A stretch of DNA of 64,000 bases from Bacteroidales bacterium (GCA_028282785.1 JANQHE010000071.1:4423-68422); one strand, 5' to 3'; positions 18,768 to 28,499 are shown, numbered from the stretch's first letter. A program made the numbers and translations. The notes: generated from the letters alone by a model not told the origin.

Positions 18768-19241
18768 TTACCAAAATAAGCTTTTTTGTTTTATAGCTCC
18801 TTCATGTTCAAGTAACCATTGTTTTTTAAGTAATCCACCGGCGTATCCGGTTAAACTGCCATCGTTCCCAATCACTCTGTGACAAGGTATAATTATTGGT
18901 ATCGGGTTTTTACCATTAGCTGTCGCAATAGCCCGAATAGCTTTTTCATCACCGAATTGCCTGGCCTGCTCAAGGTAGGAAATTGTTTTTCCATATGGAA
19001 TGTTAAGTAATATATTCCAAATTTTACTTTGAAATTCGGTGCCAGCAGGATTTAATCCTATATTAAATTCTTTCCGGTTACCACTAAAGTATTCATCAAG
19101 CTGAGTAATACAATTTTGAATTTGAACAGGAACCATTTTCATTTTATAGAAATCCTTTACGAATTCAATCTTAATGATATCCCTATCGTTCGATATTATT
19201 CGGAGATTTCCAACAGGAGATTTATAATAAGCTTCGAACAT
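18768..19241 (-). CDS. ogt: Methylated-DNA--protein-cysteine S-methyltransferase
   Basis: 157 aa. Active-site motif IPCHRVIG and the YGKTISY / NPIPIIIPCHRV context. Confidence 0.9.
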   Translation of the reverse strand: MFEAYYKSPVGNLRIISNDRDIIKIEFVKDFYKMKMVPVQIQNCITQLDEYFSGNRKEFNIGLNPAGTEFQSKIWNILLNIPYGKTISYLEQARQFGDEKAIRAIATANGKNPIPIIIPCHRVIGNDGSLTGYAGGLLKKQWLLEHEGAIKQKSLFW

Positions 19242-19242
19242 T

Positions 19243-19719
19243 TTATTTAAGGAGTTTTTTTATAAGGTCTTCCGGTACACCTGTTTTTTGATATATTTGA
19301 ATTGTATTTAAACCATTTTCGAACATTCTTCTAATGAATATTTCCAGTTTTTCACCTATTTCGATCAAATTCTGATCAGGGTCATACACTCGAATTGTTT
19401 TTTGCCCCCATGATTCTTCTATTAAATCATGATGCTTACTGATTTTGTTCTTTTTAATTAAATTTACAACTGCATCAATATTTTCAGTTTCGAAATAAAG
19501 TTCAAGTGCCTGGTTAGTATTACCTTTTCGATAGAAACTATTGTTGAGCAAATGAGTTTTAGGGATTTCCCATAATGATAAACCATTCTTTAAAGAAACA
19601 TTATTACCGAAATCCGTTTCAATTTCCTGATTAAGAATGTCACAATAAAATTTTTTGGACACTTTAATATCTTTGACAAAAATTACAGATGAATGAAATT
19701 CCATATTCGTAACAAACAA
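19243..19719 (-). CDS. VOC (glyoxalase/bleomycin-resistance) family protein
   Basis: 158 aa. The beta-alpha-beta-beta-beta module pattern (HSSVIFVKDIKVSKKFY...ELYFETENID...RVYDPDQNLIEIGE) is typical of VOC proteins. Confidence 0.6.
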   Translation of the reverse strand: MFVTNMEFHSSVIFVKDIKVSKKFYCDILNQEIETDFGNNVSLKNGLSLWEIPKTHLLNNSFYRKGNTNQALELYFETENIDAVVNLIKKNKISKHHDLIEESWGQKTIRVYDPDQNLIEIGEKLEIFIRRMFENGLNTIQIYQKTGVPEDLIKKLLK

Positions 19720-19749
19720 AAAAAGCCATACTAAAATATGGCTTTTATC

Positions 19750-20298
19750 TTATTTTTTCAATTCGTTTGCTATGGTTTCTTTTAACTTGGCAAATTCTTC
19801 ATCATCGAACCCGGTTGCCTGGTAAATGATTTTTCCTTCGCGGTCAAGAACTACATTTCTTGGAATGTATTTTTCAGCAAATAACGAATAAATCTTTCTA
19901 CCCGGGTCGGGAACTATATTAAAAGTGAAATTACTTTTTTCTTTGAAAGTAATCATTTCTTCTGCAATGTGTTCACGGCCAAAAACGATTAACTCAAAGT
20001 TTTCATTGTCTTTATGAGTAGCCCAAATATCACTTTCAATAAAAGGAAGTTCCTTTATACAAATAGGGCAAGAGGTTGCAAAGAAATTCATAAAAACAAC
20101 TTTCCCTTTTAAATCATTGATGTTTAACGTATCACTGTTTAATGTAATGTAACTAAATTCAGGAACTTGTTGTCCTACTTCAATTAAAGTAGAATTTATC
20201 ACGTCTTGTTTTCCTTCTTCGTCAGCTTTCTTTTGTTTGTTATTACATGAGCTAAGGCAAATTAAAAAAGCAGATAAAATAAAAATGATTCTTTTCAT
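19750..20298 (-). CDS. TlpA-family thiol:disulfide oxidoreductase lipoprotein
   Basis: 182 aa. Lipobox LICLSSC. Thioredoxin-fold CxxC site FFATSCPICIKELP. C-terminal PRNVVLDREGKIIY. Confidence 0.8.
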   Translation of the reverse strand: MKRIIFILSAFLICLSSCNNKQKKADEEGKQDVINSTLIEVGQQVPEFSYITLNSDTLNINDLKGKVVFMNFFATSCPICIKELPFIESDIWATHKDNENFELIVFGREHIAEEMITFKEKSNFTFNIVPDPGRKIYSLFAEKYIPRNVVLDREGKIIYQATGFDDEEFAKLKETIANELKK

Positions 20299-20340
20299 GG
20301 TTTAAGATTTTAAAATGCGATGGCAATATACGTTAAATTC

Positions 20341-20718
20341 TTAATTTTTATCTACAATATCCCTTCCAAATGGAGTTAAAGCCAATGAAGCTAATTTAAA
20401 ATGCTGATTTCCAAAAGGAATTCCAATAATCGTAATGTAAAGGATTATTCCAAAAATAAAATGGGATAGTGCAATCCAAATTCCACCAACAAATATCCAT
20501 ATTATATTAAAAATAATATATAAACATCCACCTGAACGTTCGCCCTGCACTGTTGTTTTACCAAAAGGCCAAAGGGCAAGCAATCCTAATTTCAAGGTTT
20601 GAACACCAAATGGAATTCCAATAATGGTAATAATCAAAATAAAACTACTTATAAAATATTGGATTGCGGTGATAAGCCCACCGAATATTAGCCATAAAAT
20701 GTTTCCAAGTAATCTCAT
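20341..20718 (-). CDS. YccF-domain inner membrane protein
   Basis: 125 aa. Internal duplication, each half carrying the IIGIPFG signature (TIIGIPFGVQTLKL and TIIGIPFGNQHFKL). Confidence 0.8.
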   Translation of the reverse strand: MRLLGNILWLIFGGLITAIQYFISSFILIITIIGIPFGVQTLKLGLLALWPFGKTTVQGERSGGCLYIIFNIIWIFVGGIWIALSHFIFGIILYITIIGIPFGNQHFKLASLALTPFGRDIVDKN

Positions 20719-20783
20719 ACCTATTAAATTTTAAAGAAAAATAAAGATAATAAAAAAGATAATAGTTCAAATAAAAATGTAGA

Positions 20784-20799
20784 ATGACTTGGTAGTCAT
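20784..20799. promoter_or_regulatory. Perfect palindrome ATGACT-TGGT-AGTCAT, candidate TetR operator
   Basis: 16-bp dyad located 47 nt upstream of the TetR gene. Confidence 0.5.
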
Positions 20800-20818
20800 A
20801 ATTGTTATATTTAATTTT

Positions 20819-20834
20819 GTGACCATGTAGTCAT
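20819..20834. promoter_or_regulatory. Second, imperfect copy GTGACC-ATGT-AGTCAT, candidate TetR operator
   Basis: Same half-site AGTCAT, 35 bp from the first copy. It abuts a TAATTTTG -7 box (20834-20841) just before the ATG at 20846. Confidence 0.45.
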
Positions 20835-20845
20835 AATTTTGAAAT

Positions 20846-21505
20846 ATGCCAACAAATACATTTGAAAATTTACCAGAAGATAAGCGCCAACGTATTATTG
20901 ATGCTTGTTTTAAAGAGTTTGCATTACATTATTATGAGCAGGCTTCGGTTTCTCGAATTGTTAAAGAGCTGGGAATTGCTAAAGGGAGCATATTCCAGTA
21001 TTTTGGAAGTAAAAAAGAACTATATCGTTTTTTGATCAATTACGCGGGGCAAAAAAAACTGGAGGTTTCAAAAGAAATGTTGGAAACGGAAATAGTTGAT
21101 TTCTTTGAATGGTACAAAAAAGTATATTCCTTTGGAATCCAGTTTGATATTCAATATCCCATATATAGTGGATTTCTGTATAATGTTGTTCGTGAGCGCA
21201 ATTACAAAGATGTTGAAGCTTTCTATATTGATAGTAAAACCCAGGTATTTCAATTTATTGAAAGTAAATTGATTGAACAACAAGAAAAAGGCAAGATTCG
21301 TGATGATATTAATATAAAAACCTTAGCATTTATATTTTACCAGGTGCATACGGGAGTTTTCGATTACCTGTCTATGTTATACGATGTTGATTTTAGGGAG
21401 AATATAAAACAGGGTAAACCATTATTTTCAGTATCAAAAGACCAAATTGATAACATGCTTTACGAGTTTACATCAATTTTAAAAACAGGAATGCAAAAAG
21501 TATAA
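20846..21505 (+). CDS. TetR/AcrR-family transcriptional regulator
   Basis: 219 aa. N-terminal HTH RIIDACFKEFALHYYEQASVSRIVKELGIAKGSIFQYFGSKKELY. Confidence 0.85.
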   Translation: MPTNTFENLPEDKRQRIIDACFKEFALHYYEQASVSRIVKELGIAKGSIFQYFGSKKELYRFLINYAGQKKLEVSKEMLETEIVDFFEWYKKVYSFGIQFDIQYPIYSGFLYNVVRERNYKDVEAFYIDSKTQVFQFIESKLIEQQEKGKIRDDINIKTLAFIFYQVHTGVFDYLSMLYDVDFRENIKQGKPLFSVSKDQIDNMLYEFTSILKTGMQKV

Positions 21506-21508
21506 CAC

Positions 21509-22360
21509 ATGATAAAAGTAGATGATGTAAAGTACACTTATCTAAAGAATGATAAACCTACCATAAAAGGAATATCATTTAATATTTCAGAAGGCGAGAT
21601 TTTTGGATTTCTCGGACCAAGCGGAGCAGGGAAGAGTACTACCCAAAATGTTTTAACTAAACTTTTGAGAAGTTACGAGGGAAGTATCAATATTTTGGGC
21701 AAAGAATTGAACGATTGGAAGAATAATTATTATGAATATATCGGGGTAGGTTTTGAGCTCCCAAATCATTACCTGAAATTAACTGCAAAAGAAAACCTTG
21801 AACTGTTCAGTACTTTTTATAAAAAAAAAGTAATAAAACCTAACGATTTGTTAGCAAAAGTGGGTTTAGAAAATGATGCGGATAAAAAGGTTTCTAAATT
21901 TTCCAAAGGAATGAAAATGAGGCTAAACTTTGTCCGTGCTTTCATGCATAATCCTGAGATTATATTTTTCGACGAACCAACTTCAGGTTTAGATCCCGTA
22001 AATGCTAAATGCGTGAAAGATATTATTTTAGAATTAAAAACACAGGGAAAAACAATTTTTGTTACTACTCATAATATGCACGATGCCGATAAACTTTGCG
22101 ATAGAGTAGCGTTTATTCTAAATGGAGAAATAAAATTGATTGATCAACCCAAAAAATTAAAGCTCCAATACGGAGAGCGAAAAGTAAAAGTCGAATATTC
22201 TAATAAACAGAGTTTTACAAGGGTATTCGCCCTTGATAATTTAGGAGAAAATGTAGAATTTTTAGAGTTGATTAAGAAAGAAAGAATAGATTCTATTCAC
22301 ACGAAAGAAGCAACTCTCGAGGATATATTTATTAAAGTAACGGGTCATAGTTTAGTTTAA
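21509..22360 (+). CDS. ABC transporter ATP-binding protein (ABC-2 exporter type)
   Basis: 283 aa. Walker A GPSGAGKST, signature FSKGMKMRL, Walker B IIFFDEPTSGLD, H-loop TTHNM. Confidence 0.92.
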   Translation: MIKVDDVKYTYLKNDKPTIKGISFNISEGEIFGFLGPSGAGKSTTQNVLTKLLRSYEGSINILGKELNDWKNNYYEYIGVGFELPNHYLKLTAKENLELFSTFYKKKVIKPNDLLAKVGLENDADKKVSKFSKGMKMRLNFVRAFMHNPEIIFFDEPTSGLDPVNAKCVKDIILELKTQGKTIFVTTHNMHDADKLCDRVAFILNGEIKLIDQPKKLKLQYGERKVKVEYSNKQSFTRVFALDNLGENVEFLELIKKERIDSIHTKEATLEDIFIKVTGHSLV

Positions 22361-22370
22361 ATATTTAATT

Positions 22371-23069
22371 ATGAATGCATTGGTTAAACTAATTGGATGG
22401 GATTTTAAGTTACTATTAAAATATAATATTGTAACCATAGCCATTGTTATTGCTTTATTATATATATTACTGTTACGTTCATTGCCTTTTCCAAATCTAG
22501 ATTACTTATCAATTCTATTGGTAATTTCCGACCCAGCTATGTTTGGAGTATTATTTATTGGTGTTTTGGTTTTATACGAAAAGGATAATAATACACTGAA
22601 TGCCTTGATAGTAACTCCATTAAAACCATCTCATTATTTATTATCCAAAGCAATTTCATTAACTATTGTTGCTGTTCCCATTGCATTAGCTATTGGGTTA
22701 TTTGGCCATGGAGTTGATATTGGTTATTTTCCTTTTTTGGTTTCTGTTACCCTATCATCTTTTATTTTTGTATTTCTGGGTTTTGTAGTTGTTTCAAGAT
22801 CAAAAAGTTTTAATCAGTTTGTAATAAAATTTGCAATATTTACAATTCCTGTTTCATTACCCTTTCTGGATCTTTTCGATTTGATTCATTCTGATCTGTT
22901 TTATTTAATTCCGTTACAAGCAACTGTATTATTATTAAAGCAATCATTCAATTATAATGTTGAGAGTTGGAAATATATTTACGCAATAAGCTATTTATTG
23001 GCATGGACTTATTTTAGTTATTATATTGCTATTAGAGCATACAATTTAAACCTTATAAACGGCAGATAA
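22371..23069 (+). CDS. ABC-2-type exporter permease
   Basis: 232 aa with ~6 hydrophobic helices. Directly follows the ATPase gene. Confidence 0.6.
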   Translation: MNALVKLIGWDFKLLLKYNIVTIAIVIALLYILLLRSLPFPNLDYLSILLVISDPAMFGVLFIGVLVLYEKDNNTLNALIVTPLKPSHYLLSKAISLTIVAVPIALAIGLFGHGVDIGYFPFLVSVTLSSFIFVFLGFVVVSRSKSFNQFVIKFAIFTIPVSLPFLDLFDLIHSDLFYLIPLQATVLLLKQSFNYNVESWKYIYAISYLLAWTYFSYYIAIRAYNLNLINGR

Positions 23070-23785
23070 TGAATAAAGTAATTCAATTAACATTAAACGA
23101 TTTAAAAAATATAACCAGGGATGATATATTGAAATATTTTTTCATTGTAGTTCCTTTACTTTTTATAATGGTTCTGGTGTTAGTAGTTCCCGTTTTTATT
23201 GAACAGTTTCCGGCAATTGCTGAATATTCGGAGATTATTGTTACTTTCTTTTCACTTGAATTACCGTTAATAATAGGTTTTGTTATTTCATTTCTTATGT
23301 TGGATGAAAAGGATGAAAGGGTGTTTACAGCACTTCGGGTAATGCCGGTTTCATTGTTTCAGTTTTTATGTTATCGTTTGTTTTTTGCTGTTTTCTTTGC
23401 TTTTGTATTTATATTCTTCATGTTATTATTAAATGACTTACATCGGATTTCAATTGTTGAGATGCTTTTAAACTCATTGGCATTTGCTTTGATTACACCA
23501 ATACTTGTGTTAATAGAAGTTTCATTTGCCAGTAATAAAGTTACAGGATTCACAGTTTTTAAAACACTTAACTTTATTTTTATGATTCCTGTAGCAAGTT
23601 TTTTTATAGAATCGAAATGGAGTATGTTAATGGGACTAATACCAACATATTGGCCAATGCATAGTATATATAATTCTCTGAATTCTGAGTTGTCATTTAA
23701 TCATTTTATAATCTCCATTTTACTTTCGGTTTCTTTAATAATGATTTTGAGTTTGATATTTAAACGAAGAGTTTATAGTGTGTAA
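23069..23785 (+). CDS. ABC-2-type exporter permease (second subunit)
   Basis: 238 aa, polytopic. Its start overlaps the stop of the previous permease gene. Confidence 0.6.
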   Translation: MNKVIQLTLNDLKNITRDDILKYFFIVVPLLFIMVLVLVVPVFIEQFPAIAEYSEIIVTFFSLELPLIIGFVISFLMLDEKDERVFTALRVMPVSLFQFLCYRLFFAVFFAFVFIFFMLLLNDLHRISIVEMLLNSLAFALITPILVLIEVSFASNKVTGFTVFKTLNFIFMIPVASFFIESKWSMLMGLIPTYWPMHSIYNSLNSELSFNHFIISILLSVSLIMILSLIFKRRVYSV

Positions 23786-23893
23786 GTTTTTATTTGTCAG
23801 TAGCCTACAAAATTATTTTTTAAGTATTTAGTTTTGGCACAGTAATTGAAATCAATCTCAAAAAAATATATTACAACCAAACAACTAACCAAA

Positions 23894-24619
23894 ATGGCAA
23901 CAAAACTATTATTTAAAGGATTAATTATCATATTTCTTTTTTCATTTTCGTCTTGCGTAGATTGGGGCGATGATAATATTGAAGGAAATGATGATGTGGA
24001 AACTGAGATAAGAAACATTGCAAGCATAATTGAAGTTCAATCATGGGGTAATTTTGATGTATACATTAATCTTGCAGATACAACTACATTGCGTGTAGAA
24101 GCGGAAGAAAACCTTCTACGTTATATTATTACCGAAGTTAGTGGTCAAAAATTAACTATTGAGGAAAAAGATGGGTACGATCTTGAAAATAACAGACCGA
24201 TGAGAATTTATATTTCAACACCAAACCTTGAAGAAGTAACACTTGGAGGTTCTGGATCGATTGAATGTGACAGTCTTTCAGGAGATTCGTTTAAGGCTGA
24301 ACTATTAGGTTCCGGAAAGATCGAGTTTAATAATTTAACGGTTGATGATGTTGAAGCTTTACTTGCAGGATCAGGTGAAATTGAATTAGAAGGAGATGGT
24401 AAAGATTCTGATTTTGAGATAGAAGGATCAGGAGATATCAGGGCAATTAACTTTGTTCATGAAGATTCAGAATGTAAGATAGTTGGTTCAGGTAACATTT
24501 ATGTTCATGCAACCGAATTTTTAAGAGCCAGAATTACCGGATCCGGAACCATTTATTACGAAGGAAATCCGGATATAGATGAATCAATAACCGGTTCCGG
24601 AGATGTACGAAGGTATTAA
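23894..24619 (+). CDS. Lipoprotein with head GIN / DUF2807-type repeats
   Basis: ATG at 23894 gives MATKLLFKGLIIIFLFSFSSC (lipobox). Repeated GSG-x-I/E units (GGSGSIE, LGSGKIE, AGSGEIE, EGSGDI, VGSGNI, TGSGTI, TGSGDV). Confidence 0.7.
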   Translation: MATKLLFKGLIIIFLFSFSSCVDWGDDNIEGNDDVETEIRNIASIIEVQSWGNFDVYINLADTTTLRVEAEENLLRYIITEVSGQKLTIEEKDGYDLENNRPMRIYISTPNLEEVTLGGSGSIECDSLSGDSFKAELLGSGKIEFNNLTVDDVEALLAGSGEIELEGDGKDSDFEIEGSGDIRAINFVHEDSECKIVGSGNIYVHATEFLRARITGSGTIYYEGNPDIDESITGSGDVRRY

Positions 24620-24663
24620 TTTTACTACTTAATACAATCACAACGCAACGCAGCAACAAACAG

Positions 24664-24690
24664 GGAACATCAAAATGATGTTCCTTTTTT
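24664..24690 (+). terminator. Rho-independent terminator
   Basis: GGAACATCA-AAA-TGATGTTCC 9-bp stem followed by TTTTTT. Confidence 0.7.
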
Positions 24691-25915
24691 ATACTTTTAG
24701 ATTTTCTTTTTCGGATTTTGCAATTACGACTGCTCCACAGCTATCACTCCAAACATTAGTTGCTGTTCTGAACATGTCTAAAATTCTGTCGACAGGTAGT
24801 ATAAGAGCCATCATTTCAATTGGCAAACCAAGAACCTCCAGAATAATAGTTATAATTACCAGGCTGGCCATTGGAACTGCTGCAGTTCCTATACTGGAGA
24901 ATAAGGCAGTAATCAAAATAATGATTTGTTCTTTTATTCCCATATCAACGCCTTTTGCTTGTGCAATAAACATAACAACAGCAGCAATATAAATTGCCGT
25001 ACCATCCATATTTACTGTGGCACCGATTGGTAATGTAAAATTTGTTATTCTATGCGAAACTCCTGATTTTTCATATGTTTCTTTCATATTAAGAGGTAGA
25101 GCAGCAGCTGATGAGGCAGTTGAAAACGCTGTTATTATGGTTGTCTTCATATTATTAAAGTGCTTAAATGGTTTAGCCCTACCAATAAACCTTGTAATTA
25201 ATGGTAATGAAATAAATGCATGGATCAAAATAGCAGCTATAACCGTAATCATAAATGACCCCAGTTTAACTACCATATTACCAAAATCGTTCTGTTCTGC
25301 AACAACTTTTACTATTAATCCAAAGATTCCATAAGGAGCGAGTTTTATAATTAACATGGTTATTTTCATGAATAATTCAAAAAAAGCATTGAAAAAGTTG
25401 GAGAGAAGACCACTATTTTTAGAGTCCAGTTTATTTATAAAGATCCCAACAACTATTGCAAAGAAAATGACTGATAAAAACTCATTATTAGCCATAGACT
25501 TAAAAATATTTTGTGGAACTATCTGAATTAGCATGTCAGACATACTTTGCCTTTGTATTCCTATGGATTCATCTATAGAAATTGCTGAAATATCCATACC
25601 TAATCCTGGTTTTATTAAATTTACTAAAACCAAGCCTATCGTAACTGCAAAAATTGTTGTAGTAATATAATATCCTAGAGTTTTTAATCCAAGTCTTCCA
25701 AAATTACCGTCATTACCTATGTTAGCTATACCAGAAACGATCGAACTAAGTATTAAAGGAATAACAATCATTTTAAGCATTCGAAGAAATATATCACCCA
25801 TCCAGGAAACATATTTTACCTGGTTCTTAAAAAAAATGCCAAATACGATTGCTAAAATAAAAGCTATTAAAATTTGCCAGTGTAATGCTAATTTTTTCAT
25901 ACGTTCAATTTTCAA
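24689..25915 (-). CDS. Dicarboxylate/amino acid:cation symporter (DAACS family)
   Basis: 408 aa, polytopic. Conserved blocks TAFSTASSAAALP and GATVNMDGTAIY...VPMASLV are typical of GltP/DctA-type carriers. Confidence 0.9.
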   Translation of the reverse strand: MKIERMKKLALHWQILIAFILAIVFGIFFKNQVKYVSWMGDIFLRMLKMIVIPLILSSIVSGIANIGNDGNFGRLGLKTLGYYITTTIFAVTIGLVLVNLIKPGLGMDISAISIDESIGIQRQSMSDMLIQIVPQNIFKSMANNEFLSVIFFAIVVGIFINKLDSKNSGLLSNFFNAFFELFMKITMLIIKLAPYGIFGLIVKVVAEQNDFGNMVVKLGSFMITVIAAILIHAFISLPLITRFIGRAKPFKHFNNMKTTIITAFSTASSAAALPLNMKETYEKSGVSHRITNFTLPIGATVNMDGTAIYIAAVVMFIAQAKGVDMGIKEQIIILITALFSSIGTAAVPMASLVIITIILEVLGLPIEMMALILPVDRILDMFRTATNVWSDSCGAVVIAKSEKENLKV

Positions 25916-26131
25916 ATTTCAGGTAAATGTAATTATAATGTTTTTTGATGAAAAAATAGGAGTTAAGTTTAATTTTTAAATAAAAACTTATTAAAAATTC
26001 CTTTCTCAGAGTTTAATATTATGTGTAATGGTATACTATGATTTTGAATATTCGATTCTCGTGAGGATAAAAATTAGGCCGCAAGAATTAATATTTTTTA
26101 AAAATGAAATATAATGTTTGAGCTTAATTAC

Positions 26132-26251
26132 GTAACAATAAGTTTACAAATTTAACTTTCCGTACAGGTTACAAATGTAACAAGAATAAATTCAAAGAAA
26201 TATTACAAATGTAACACAAGAATCAACTAAAATAAATTTACATATCTAAAC
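26132..26251. promoter_or_regulatory. Distal cluster of TTACA-N3/4-TGTAA(C) palindromic boxes
   Basis: GTAACAATAAGTTTAC (26132-26147), TTACAAATTTAAC (26144-26156), GTTACAAATGTAAC (26168-26181), TTACAAATGTAAC (26203-26215), TTACATATCTAAAC (26238-26251). Confidence 0.6.
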
Positions 26252-26618
26252 ATTAATAATCTGTAAGCGAATATTAATTCAAATTATTTATATTTATCAT
26301 AATATCAATTAATTATATATTTTATATAAAGTAAAAAAATAGATAAATGATAAATTCTATCAGATATTTTAAATATTATGAGATTTATTAACTAATAAAT
26401 AGGTATAAATCAAATAATTATTGAGTTTAATTGAAATTATATTGAAATATTTCAATTCTAACCAATTTTTTAACCTAAAATACGACTAAATATCATTATT
26501 TTATTCAACATACTGTTTTTATATAACAACAATATCAGGCTATAAATGGTGCCCTATTAACTAAACAATAATAGCGATAAATCTTCCAATATTAACAGGA
26601 TTTTTGAGGGATTGTAAC

Positions 26619-26701
26619 TTACATATGTAAACAAATTACAACTCGCAAAAATCACACATGTAAACAAAATATTTTTTACATTTGTAACTTACATAGTTTA
26701 C
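26619..26701. promoter_or_regulatory. Proximal cluster of TTACA-N3/4-TGTAA(C) palindromic boxes abutting the XRE gene start
   Basis: TTACATATGTAAAC (26619-26632), half-site TTACAAC (26636-26642), CACATGTAAAC (26655-26665), TTACATTTGTAAC (26676-26688), TTACATAGTTTAC (26689-26701). The ATG is at 26706. Confidence 0.6.
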
Positions 26702-26705
26702 AATT

Positions 26706-27140
26706 ATGAAAGATCGAATAATTCAGTTTTTAAGTGCAAATAACCTAACATCAACAAAATTTGCCGATGAGATCGGTGTGCAACGATCCAGTATCTCACA
26801 TATATTATCAGGAAGAAATAAGCCCAGTTTTGATTTTATAGAGAAGATGCTTTTAGCCTACCCTGATATAAATGCACAATGGTTAATTACAGGAAAAGGA
26901 AATATGTATATCAACCAACCTTCATTATTTAATCAGTACGAAAATAAAAAAACAGAGGAAACGTTTACCTCCCCAGAATCGAATATTCAAGAACCTATCG
27001 AATATAGCACTGAAAAATCAATTTCTGACCAGGAAAAAACAGAAAAAGTTAATGTAACACAATCAATGAATTTTAACTCTATAGAACGGGTAATAGTTTT
27101 TTATACAAATGGATCCTTTAAAGAATATAAACCGGAATAA
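26706..27140 (+). CDS. XRE-family helix-turn-helix DNA-binding protein
   Basis: 144 aa. N-terminal HTH LTSTKFADEIGVQRSSISHILSGRNKPSFDFIEKMLLAYPDINAQWLITGKG. The C-terminal half is low-complexity. Confidence 0.75.
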   Translation: MKDRIIQFLSANNLTSTKFADEIGVQRSSISHILSGRNKPSFDFIEKMLLAYPDINAQWLITGKGNMYINQPSLFNQYENKKTEETFTSPESNIQEPIEYSTEKSISDQEKTEKVNVTQSMNFNSIERVIVFYTNGSFKEYKPE

Positions 27141-27156
27141 TTTCGGATTTCTATAT

Positions 27157-27164
27157 TATCTTTG
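27157..27164 (+). promoter_or_regulatory. -7 promoter box TATCTTTG
   Basis: Matches TAnnTTTG, 12 nt upstream of the pyrD ATG (short or absent leader). Confidence 0.45.
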
Positions 27165-27175
27165 CACAAAAACTT

Positions 27176-28207
27176 ATGTATCGAAATATAATTCGCCCAC
27201 TATTATTCTTATTACAACCGGAAACCGTACATCATTTAATTGTTAATTTGCTAAAAATAGGCTTTAAAATACCTGGAATAGCTTATTTTGTCAGTAAATC
27301 ATTTCAAATAAAAGATAATCGTTTAAAAACTTCCTTTTTGGGCATGGAGTTGGATAATCCTGTTGGATTTGCTGCAGGGTTTGATAAAAATGCTGAAGTT
27401 TATAATCAATTTTCAAATTTTGGGTTCTCATTTATCGAAATTGGAACAGTAACACCGAAAGCACAGCCTGGTAACCAAAAACCCAGATCATTTAGAATCC
27501 CTGCGGATAAAGGTCTTATTAATAGAATGGGATTTAATAACAAAGGAGTGGATTATGCTGTAAATCAACTAAAAAACAAGAACCATAAAGTAATAATTGG
27601 TGGAAACATTGGAAAGAATACCACTACCTCAAATGAGGATGCTTTAAATGATTATGTTACATGTTTTGAAAAACTTTATAACCATGTGGATTACTTTGTG
27701 GTAAATCTAAGTTGTCCTAACATTAAGGACCTAAGAAAATTACAGGATAAGGATTCAACGATAACCATTTTAAATAAACTTACAGAATTAAGAAGAGAAA
27801 GAAAACCATATAAACCTATATTGTTAAAAATATCGCCGGATTTAACCGACAGTGAGCTTGATGATGTTATTGAGACTTTTAATATAACTGGTATTGATGG
27901 TATTGTAGCTACTAATACGACGGTTTCGAGAGAAAATCTTTTAACACCAGAGAAGAGAATTAAAAAAATAGCTAATGGAGGGTTAAGCGGAAAACCACTT
28001 ACTGAAAGATCCACAGAAATTATTCGTTACATTACAAAAAAATCAAATGGCTCAATACCAATAATTGGTGTTGGAGGTATCATGTCAACACAAGATGCAT
28101 TGCATAAATTAGAAGCAGGAGCCACTCTGATTCAGGTATATACAGGTTTTATATATGAAGGTCCGGCTTTTGTTAAGAGGGTAAATAAAGCAATTCTGAA
28201 AAACTAA
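27176..28207 (+). CDS. pyrD: Quinone-dependent dihydroorotate dehydrogenase (class 2)
   Basis: 343 aa. N-terminal membrane-association helix. GFAAGFDKN, EIGTVTP, NRMGFNN, NLSCPN, GGLSG and VGGI blocks. Confidence 0.92.
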   Translation: MYRNIIRPLLFLLQPETVHHLIVNLLKIGFKIPGIAYFVSKSFQIKDNRLKTSFLGMELDNPVGFAAGFDKNAEVYNQFSNFGFSFIEIGTVTPKAQPGNQKPRSFRIPADKGLINRMGFNNKGVDYAVNQLKNKNHKVIIGGNIGKNTTTSNEDALNDYVTCFEKLYNHVDYFVVNLSCPNIKDLRKLQDKDSTITILNKLTELRRERKPYKPILLKISPDLTDSELDDVIETFNITGIDGIVATNTTVSRENLLTPEKRIKKIANGGLSGKPLTERSTEIIRYITKKSNGSIPIIGVGGIMSTQDALHKLEAGATLIQVYTGFIYEGPAFVKRVNKAILKN

Positions 28208-28217
28208 TAAAACAAAA

Positions 28218-28245
28218 AGAGAAGCTTTAATAGCTTCTCTTTTTT
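28218..28245. terminator. Bidirectional terminator hairpin (pyrD / tRNA-Lys copy 1)
   Basis: AGAGAAGCT-TTAAT-AGCTTCTCT flanked by an A-run and a T-run. Confidence 0.7.
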
Positions 28246-28248
28246 ATG

Positions 28249-28321
28249 TGACCCAACAGGGGCTCGAACCCTGGACCCCATCCTTAAAAGGGATGTGCTC
28301 TACCAACTGAGCTATTGAGTC
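28249..28321 (-). tRNA. tRNA-Lys (anticodon UUU), copy 1
   Basis: 73-nt cloverleaf on the minus strand: GACTCAA-TA-GCTC-AGTTGGTA-GAGC-A-CATCC-CTTTTAA-GGATG-GGGTC-CAGGG-TTCGAGC-CCCTG-TTGGGTC-A. No encoded CCA. Confidence 0.9.
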
Positions 28322-28469
28322 ATTCAATTTGCGAATGCAAAAGTAGTATCTTATTATATAAATCCAAATTTTTTCCTAAAAAATAATTAAAAATACATTA
28401 ATATCTAAAAAACAATTTAAGAAGTGTTGAATAATGGTATGTAAAAGAGTAACTTATAGAAAACAAAAA

Positions 28470-28496
28470 AGAGAAGCTATTAAAGCTTCTCTTTTT
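28470..28496 (-). terminator. Terminator hairpin downstream of tRNA-Lys copy 2
   Basis: AGAGAAGCT-ATTAA-AGCTTCTCT. This is a duplicate of the 28218 hairpin with a changed loop. Confidence 0.6.
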
Positions 28497-28499
28497 ATG

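Noticed and set aside
26606-26633. dif-like XerC/D site (ATATGTAAACA resembles the XerD arm TTATGTAAACT of Bacillus dif)
   Set aside because: The matching half is just one of at least nine copies of the same dyad. The putative XerC arm and central region show no similarity to known dif sites.
25916-26705. Possible chromosomal replication origin (long AT-rich ORF-free spacer with repeated boxes)
   Set aside because: I could not find DnaA-box-like words (TTATCCACA or close variants), and no dnaA/dnaN-type gene is adjacent. The repeated boxes are palindromic TTACA..TGTAA dyads that run into the start of an HTH gene, which fits operators better.
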